This document shows, in pieces, positions 59,028 to 64,000 of a DNA stretch of 64,000 nucleotides (the first letter of the stretch is position 1; every line of letters begins with the position of its first letter). A model generated the notes under the pieces. It searched no databases, was not told the DNA's origin, and saw only the letters and a program-made list of their open reading frames with translations. The translations under genes were made by a program, and so were the position numbers. The stretch comes from Nitrososphaeria archaeon (GTDB lineage Archaea; Thermoproteota; Nitrososphaeria; JACIWG01), in NCBI GenBank assembly GCA_963752255.1, contig CAVVXT010000019.1, positions 544,635 to 608,634 on the forward strand. The letters run 5' to 3'.

Positions 59028-59912
59028 ATGCATTTAAGAGGCATGGAAATCGACTGGCCAGCGCTACACAAAATTATTGGAGATACTACACGGCGGAGCA
59101 TACTAGAGCTATTAGCTAGAAAAGGCGTCTTATCATATACGGACATCATGACCCTTCTGAATATTATGAATACGGGGAGACTGAACTATCACCTGAAAAT
59201 TTTGGGAGAGCTGATAGAAAAAGATGTTGAGGGGAGATATCGTTTGACTGAAAAAGGTAGACTCGCCGCAGAACTTCTTCAGACCTTTCCCGAAAGGATA
59301 ACTAATGAAAAGAATCATTCTTTAGCAAAGATGGTGGTAGCAGCGATCCTCATCATTGTAGGCATCCTGATACTGTCAGCCGCCGTTTCCTTCGTTACAA
59401 GTTCACCTACCGCCATCGTTTCAAGCTTTAGCTCAGCCCAAGATGAAAACAACATCGTCCTTAGCACGAACATCACGCAGTTCGTGGGAAGAACACAAGA
59501 CTTTAATGGAACACTTGTGCTTTATTGGACCGCCACCGGACCAGTCAGCGTTTACGTTCTAAACGGGACACAGTACGACGAACTGCTTCTAAAGGGAAGC
59601 CTAACTTCAACCCCAAACCAATGCTGCCTAAATAATTTCACAGGCCAGCCTCCAAGTTGGTCATATCGATTCCAAGGCCAGAACGCGAACATCTCACTTC
59701 CCGTCCACCTGAACCCCTACTACATCTACGTCTCATCCCCTGTAGACGCTGTCGTAACAGATTTCAAGATCTCATCTTTCTCGCAGCCAGTTCAGTCTCC
59801 CACACAGTCCACTTCACCGATTTTTTACATCATACCTTTAGCATTCGCGGCATTAGCTCTATCGCTGATATCACTGGGAGTCCTGATACTCGTAAGGAGA
59901 ATTTGGACATGA
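59028..59912 (+). CDS. Membrane-anchored ArsR-type winged-HTH regulator with extracytoplasmic domain
   Basis: DTTRRSILELL...TGRLNYHLKILG...YRLTEKG, then TM, Ser/Thr/Asn-rich domain, TM. Confidence 0.75.
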   Translation: MHLRGMEIDWPALHKIIGDTTRRSILELLARKGVLSYTDIMTLLNIMNTGRLNYHLKILGELIEKDVEGRYRLTEKGRLAAELLQTFPERITNEKNHSLAKMVVAAILIIVGILILSAAVSFVTSSPTAIVSSFSSAQDENNIVLSTNITQFVGRTQDFNGTLVLYWTATGPVSVYVLNGTQYDELLLKGSLTSTPNQCCLNNFTGQPPSWSYRFQGQNANISLPVHLNPYYIYVSSPVDAVVTDFKISSFSQPVQSPTQSTSPIFYIIPLAFAALALSLISLGVLILVRRIWT

Positions 59913-60180
59913 TAGAGACTTAACCTTCTTAATCTATACATAGGCGTCAATCTCGAGAGAGTTTTTCATATACAAATAAAGTAAGTGTATTAAAATTAAA
60001 CAGATTCCCCATTGTTATATAATTGGACACAGACAATAAAAGACCTATTTTTGTACTATATTATAGTATACATATTTAATTAGCCGCTCTCGCGAGAAAT
60101 CCATTCTCCTGGAAAGTTGTGTGCAGAGAGGTATGGATGTAAGCAACAGGACTTAAAATAGTCTTTATGGATGTTGGAAA

Positions 60181-60824
60181 TCATTCTATTTCGAATTGTT
60201 CAACCGGTCTGAGAAGTATAACTTTGATTTTCGATTTTGCCTCGACTTCTTTTTTGATTTTCTCAAGGTCGGTCCGCCCACTGTGAATAGGGATTACATG
60301 TTGTGGATTGATCGCTAATGTGGCCTCTACTACCTCAGGGCCGTCCATCGTAAATGTTCCGTCGCATGGAAGCAATGCAAGATAGATATTCTTTAAATTC
60401 TTCATCTCTGGAATAAAGTCTGTATCACCCGCGTGATAGATGGTTTTGCCCCCTATTGTCAGTAGATATCCGACTCCGAGTCCCTTAGGGTGGAATGGTG
60501 TGCCAGGAGACCTGAACCTCTTGTAGTTGTAGGCTTCTACAGCCTGCACAGTAATATTGCCAACTGAAATTTTTTCTCCTGGTTTTAGTGACTTTACACT
60601 TCTTCCTATCTTCGAGGCGCAGTCGGCTGGGCAATGATCAGTGTACCATCTTTCAGGATTCCATTAATCTTCGATGGGTCGCAATGATCCATGTGAGAAT
60701 GGGAAACCAGTATCAAGTCTGCTTTGTCGTGATATTCTCCCTGATAAGGATCGACATAGATGATTTTGCCATCCGCTTTTATCTCGAAACTTGCATGACC
60801 AAATGATTTCACAAAAATACTCAT
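60181..60824 (-). CDS. MBL-fold metal-dependent hydrolase; frameshift near 60630
   Basis: GHASF, VDPY, SHSHMDH in the first ORF; YHAGDT, IPIH in the second; joined by one extra C. Confidence 0.8.
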
Positions 60825-61185
60825 TTATAAATCAACCTTCACAAATGTTTTAAGTAATTAAACATTATTATTTAGTTTTGTTTCTAATTCTTTGGCTCTT
60901 CTTTCAATTTCGTAATATTCTTTTACCTCCTCCCATAATCTTTCAGGTAAATAGTTTGTACTCGATTGTCTAATAGAATAACTAAATAGGTTATGACCTT
61001 TATTTAAAGAAAAAATCAAGATAGGGCCAATTGAAATCAATAGTAATAAGTTAGCATATGAATAAAACAACCGCTTGTAGTCATATTTTAATTAATGTAG
61101 GCTAACGTTTAGAATTCGATGTCTCATATACTACACAGTATTGTTTATATCTCTCCTTAAAAACTCTTAGTATTAGGCGTTACTG

Positions 61186-61959
61186 ATGGTCATTATTGGA
61201 ATAGTTGGAAGCCCTAGAAAGAATATGAGGACTGATATATTGGTCGACGCTGCATTGGATGGAGCTAAATCAAGGGACGTTAAAACAGAGAAGATATACC
61301 TCGTAGACTACAAGATAAAAACATTCACCGGCCAAGGAGATTCAGAAGAGGCTTTCAAGTACTCTCCAGAGGATTTGAATAAGCTCTGCGAGGAGGCAGA
61401 TGCGATAATCCTTGGCGCCCCAGTCTACTGGGGAGACATAAACGGTTTGACGAAAGATTTCATGGACACGGTCAGAATTAGAATTCCCAACGCAAACGGG
61501 AAACCTGCTCTAGGAATCTCTATCGCCGGAGGAACCGGTAAAGGCCTACTCTCCGGAATTCAGTCGATATACCACTTCTTCTTCCACAAGCAGATGCGGG
61601 GAATCGACCCGACGCCCGTCTCACGATTCAACCTACAAGAGGCGCTGAAGGAATTAAGGAAGAGCGGAGCCAGACTAGCTGACCTCTCAAAGGAGAAGAA
61701 GCCCTTCACAGGAGATACAGTTGATGACCGCTGGCCTGAAGTCTTAGCCTACTATTCTTCTCTGCCGTATCTTAACTGCGACCCTCTCGACGAATTCATC
61801 ATGCTTGCTGGGCAGCTTATCAAAATTTCTAAGGCAAACGCAGTTGAGAAAGCGAAGGCGGAGTTTGAAAAGGCAACCGCCTTGATAGCTGAGGGCAAGA
61901 GGGCTGAAGCAGCAAGACATGCAGTGAAATCATATCAAATCCTTTACTTCCCTACCTAA
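61186..61959 (+). CDS. Flavodoxin / NADPH-dependent FMN reductase family protein
   Basis: GSPRKNMRT, ADAIILGAPVYWG. Confidence 0.85.
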   Translation: MVIIGIVGSPRKNMRTDILVDAALDGAKSRDVKTEKIYLVDYKIKTFTGQGDSEEAFKYSPEDLNKLCEEADAIILGAPVYWGDINGLTKDFMDTVRIRIPNANGKPALGISIAGGTGKGLLSGIQSIYHFFFHKQMRGIDPTPVSRFNLQEALKELRKSGARLADLSKEKKPFTGDTVDDRWPEVLAYYSSLPYLNCDPLDEFIMLAGQLIKISKANAVEKAKAEFEKATALIAEGKRAEAARHAVKSYQILYFPT

Positions 61960-62381
61960 CAGAGACTAATACTGCATCGCTCTATATCATAGAACCGGTC
62001 AATATTATGCAGAATCCGAACTAGACAGACAGGAAACGTCTATAGCTGTTATGATATCTTGGTCTAATGCATCTTCTACGCTTATTATCGTTAGTTTTCT
62101 CCATAAAATCGCATGATACTCTCTAAGCGATAATTTTTACTTAAGAAAAAAATAACAACTTCCTCGAATACACATTCTTGTCATTGTATATAGTTATTCC
62201 AATCTAGTTTAGAATAAGAATGTGCTCTTCATGAATTTATGCTTTAATATAGCCAAAATATTCCCAAAAAATTATACCGTCATACAAGACGATTAATCGC
62301 CCTTTCACATATGTTGGCATGCAATCAGATGTTCACTACAAACATAAGCCTACTAGATTTATTCTTCACTTACTCTATCTC

Positions 62382-62636
62382 TTAAATTGGCGAGACAACT
62401 CCTAATAATATTAAGACCAGCCCAAAAGCTAAGAAGATAAACCAAACTGGCCCTGAGAATCTGCCGTATTGCGTATCCATAGACCCATGCGATTTAACTC
62501 CCGCAAAGAATAGAAACAGCCCTATGATGAACGCTATAACTCCGACAGCAACAAACACAGACCCAATAGAACCCGTTCTAAATCTCCTCTTACTAGAGGA
62601 AACTCCTCTGTTATTTTTAGTTTTTATTCTCTTCAC
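62382..62636 (-). CDS. Small hypothetical membrane protein
   Basis: Two TM helices. Confidence 0.5.
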   Translation of the reverse strand: MKRIKTKNNRGVSSSKRRFRTGSIGSVFVAVGVIAFIIGLFLFFAGVKSHGSMDTQYGRFSGPVWFIFLAFGLVLILLGVVSPI

Positions 62637-62914
62637 TAACCATATAAACTAAAGTTACAACTTTGACAATCTACATGCAATTATTATTATGATGCCTTTG
62701 GTCACAGGATGCCCGAAAGGTTATTTTGTGAAAAAGCAGCAAGCTTCTGTAAACCCTTAGTTTTCATTGAGTTTTCTAGTGCGAAATATAAATCATTATT
62801 CATTTTCATCGTCAAACCTCGTTAACGGCCATTGGCTGGATTAATTAAAGCTGATCCTATTTTCAATTTTCTATTGCAGAAAGGTTTTTATTTTATTTCG
62901 GATGTATTCACGTC

Positions 62915-63697
62915 ATGAGACTGAAAAATAGGGTTTGCTTGGTTACCGGGGCCTCGCGTGGCATCGGACGGGCAATCGCATTAACATTTGCAAAAGAGGG
63001 CGCTGATTTGATTGTCAACTACTCTAAGAATGAAGAAAAAGCCAAAGAGGTCGTTAAAGAAATCGTCAAATTAGGAAGAAAGGCCCTTTTAGTTAAAGCC
63101 GATGTTTCAAATAAAGACGAAGTCAAAGCCATGGTCGATAAGGCCATAAAGGAGTTTGGAAGGATAGACATCCTAGTCAACAACGCAGGAATTAATTGGA
63201 AGCCAACCAAGTTATTGGAAGGAACTACTGAAGAATGGGAGAGAGTGCTAGGAGTTAATCTAATTGGAACCTACTATTGTGTGCAGGCAGTCGCGCCTTA
63301 TATGATCAAGAACAAGTATGGAAAGATAATCAGCATAACCTCTCTTGCGAGTATCGCTACAACGTTTTCGGATCAGGTGGCGTATGCGCCTTCGAAGGCA
63401 GCGGTCAACGTATTAACGAAAAGGCTTGCATACGAATTAGGGCCCCATAATATAAATGTAAACGCTATCGCACCAGGACTTATTAAAACGGATATGCTCA
63501 GCGTAGGAAAGACCCAGAAGGATGTAGACAAGTTACTGAATGAAATCGCAAACGTAGCCGATCTCAGGAGAAATGGTGAGCCACAGGACATCGCGAACGC
63601 AGCCCTATTCCTGGCGTCGGATGAATCGAACTTTATGACGGGGCAGTTAATGGTCGTAGACGGTGGGAGGTTTAACTTCCTGTCTCATAGTGTATGA
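62915..63697 (+). CDS. Short-chain dehydrogenase/reductase (FabG-like)
   Basis: TGASRGIG, NNAG, YAPSK, PG, VDGG. Confidence 0.92.
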   Translation: MRLKNRVCLVTGASRGIGRAIALTFAKEGADLIVNYSKNEEKAKEVVKEIVKLGRKALLVKADVSNKDEVKAMVDKAIKEFGRIDILVNNAGINWKPTKLLEGTTEEWERVLGVNLIGTYYCVQAVAPYMIKNKYGKIISITSLASIATTFSDQVAYAPSKAAVNVLTKRLAYELGPHNINVNAIAPGLIKTDMLSVGKTQKDVDKLLNEIANVADLRRNGEPQDIANAALFLASDESNFMTGQLMVVDGGRFNFLSHSV

Positions 63698-63807
63698 TAA
63701 GGAAACTTTTATCCGTCACAGCTGACGTAGAGGTATTCTGCCTCATAGAAAGCAACGCCAAGGGAAATATTAAATTTAATATACTATAGTCCTCTCCTTT
63801 CTGGCGT

Positions 63808-63897
63808 GGCCTCCGTGGTGTAGTGGTAGCATAATGGCCTGTGGAGCCGTGGGCTCGGGTTCGACAAATTAAACGTTCGAAAATCCCGACGGAGGCC
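63808..63897 (+). tRNA. tRNA-His(GTG) with encoded G-1 and an 18-nt intron at 59/60 (63866-63883)
   Basis: GCCTCCG/CGGAGGC acceptor, ATGGC-CTGTGGA-GCCGT anticodon arm; T arm TCGGG-TTCG-AC^A-AAT...GTT-CGAA-AA^T-CCCGA is a canonical BHB. Confidence 0.93.
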
Positions 63898-64000
63898 CCT
63901 TCCAAATCTAAGCTAAGTTATCCACTTTGATGAGCCGTCGACATAGTTTTCCTTTTTGAAGATGGGCGGTTCTTGCTTATACCTCTCCACTGCTTCCTGT

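Noticed and set aside
60600-60640. Split MBL hydrolase as two genes
   Set aside because: One missing C in a C run joins the halves (IAPADCASKIG); probable homopolymer error
263-63905. Many short antisense or overlapping ORFs in the track (e.g. 263-517, 6120-6305, 17647-18641, 24895-25422, 54406-55986, 63672-63905)
   Set aside because: Shadow frames of well-supported genes or tRNAs, with no protein motifs
1-64000. CRISPR array, rRNA genes, transposase or integrase
   Set aside because: No regularly spaced repeat-spacer array, rRNA-like tract or recombinase motif was found by eye

Overview
AT-rich archaeal chromosome segment of TACK type; the gene set resembles a non-ammonia-oxidising Nitrososphaerota/Thermoproteota lineage (inferred from protein families, not from a search). 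About 6-46 kb is housekeeping: tRNA splicing endonuclease subunit, DGGGP synthase, RFC-L, moaABC, EF-2, XPF, ECF transporter, exosome/proteasome superoperon, KEOPS, ribosomal proteins, SerRS and RNA modification enzymes. Accessory DNA lies at 1-6 kb (HEPN protein, PrsW, UPF0182) and at 46.2-63.8 kb between tRNA-Val and tRNA-His (Type IIG-like R-M fusion, Zn-finger/HerA module, fused topoisomerase VIII-like gene). Top finding: the EF-2 gene is interrupted by a 31-nt insertion (19322-19352) that folds into a canonical bulge-helix-bulge. Cutting at the canonical positions restores the conserved QIRN-LGVVAHVDHGKTT frame, so this is a candidate tRNA-type mRNA intron. The ligated exons form a T-arm-like hairpin, and the intron sits at the same 59/60-equivalent position, with the same TTCG/CGAA helix, as an intron in tRNA-His in this window. 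Also seen: two unannotated C/D box sRNAs (one predicted to target C34 of tRNA-Leu CAA), apparent CTG and ATT start codons, a methanogen-type SerRS, an HTH-NrdD pseudo-enzyme, a DRG-like pseudo-GTPase and an orphan arcadin-1-like gene. Several single-base frameshifts look like sequencing indels. All assignments come from reading motifs by eye; no searches were run.
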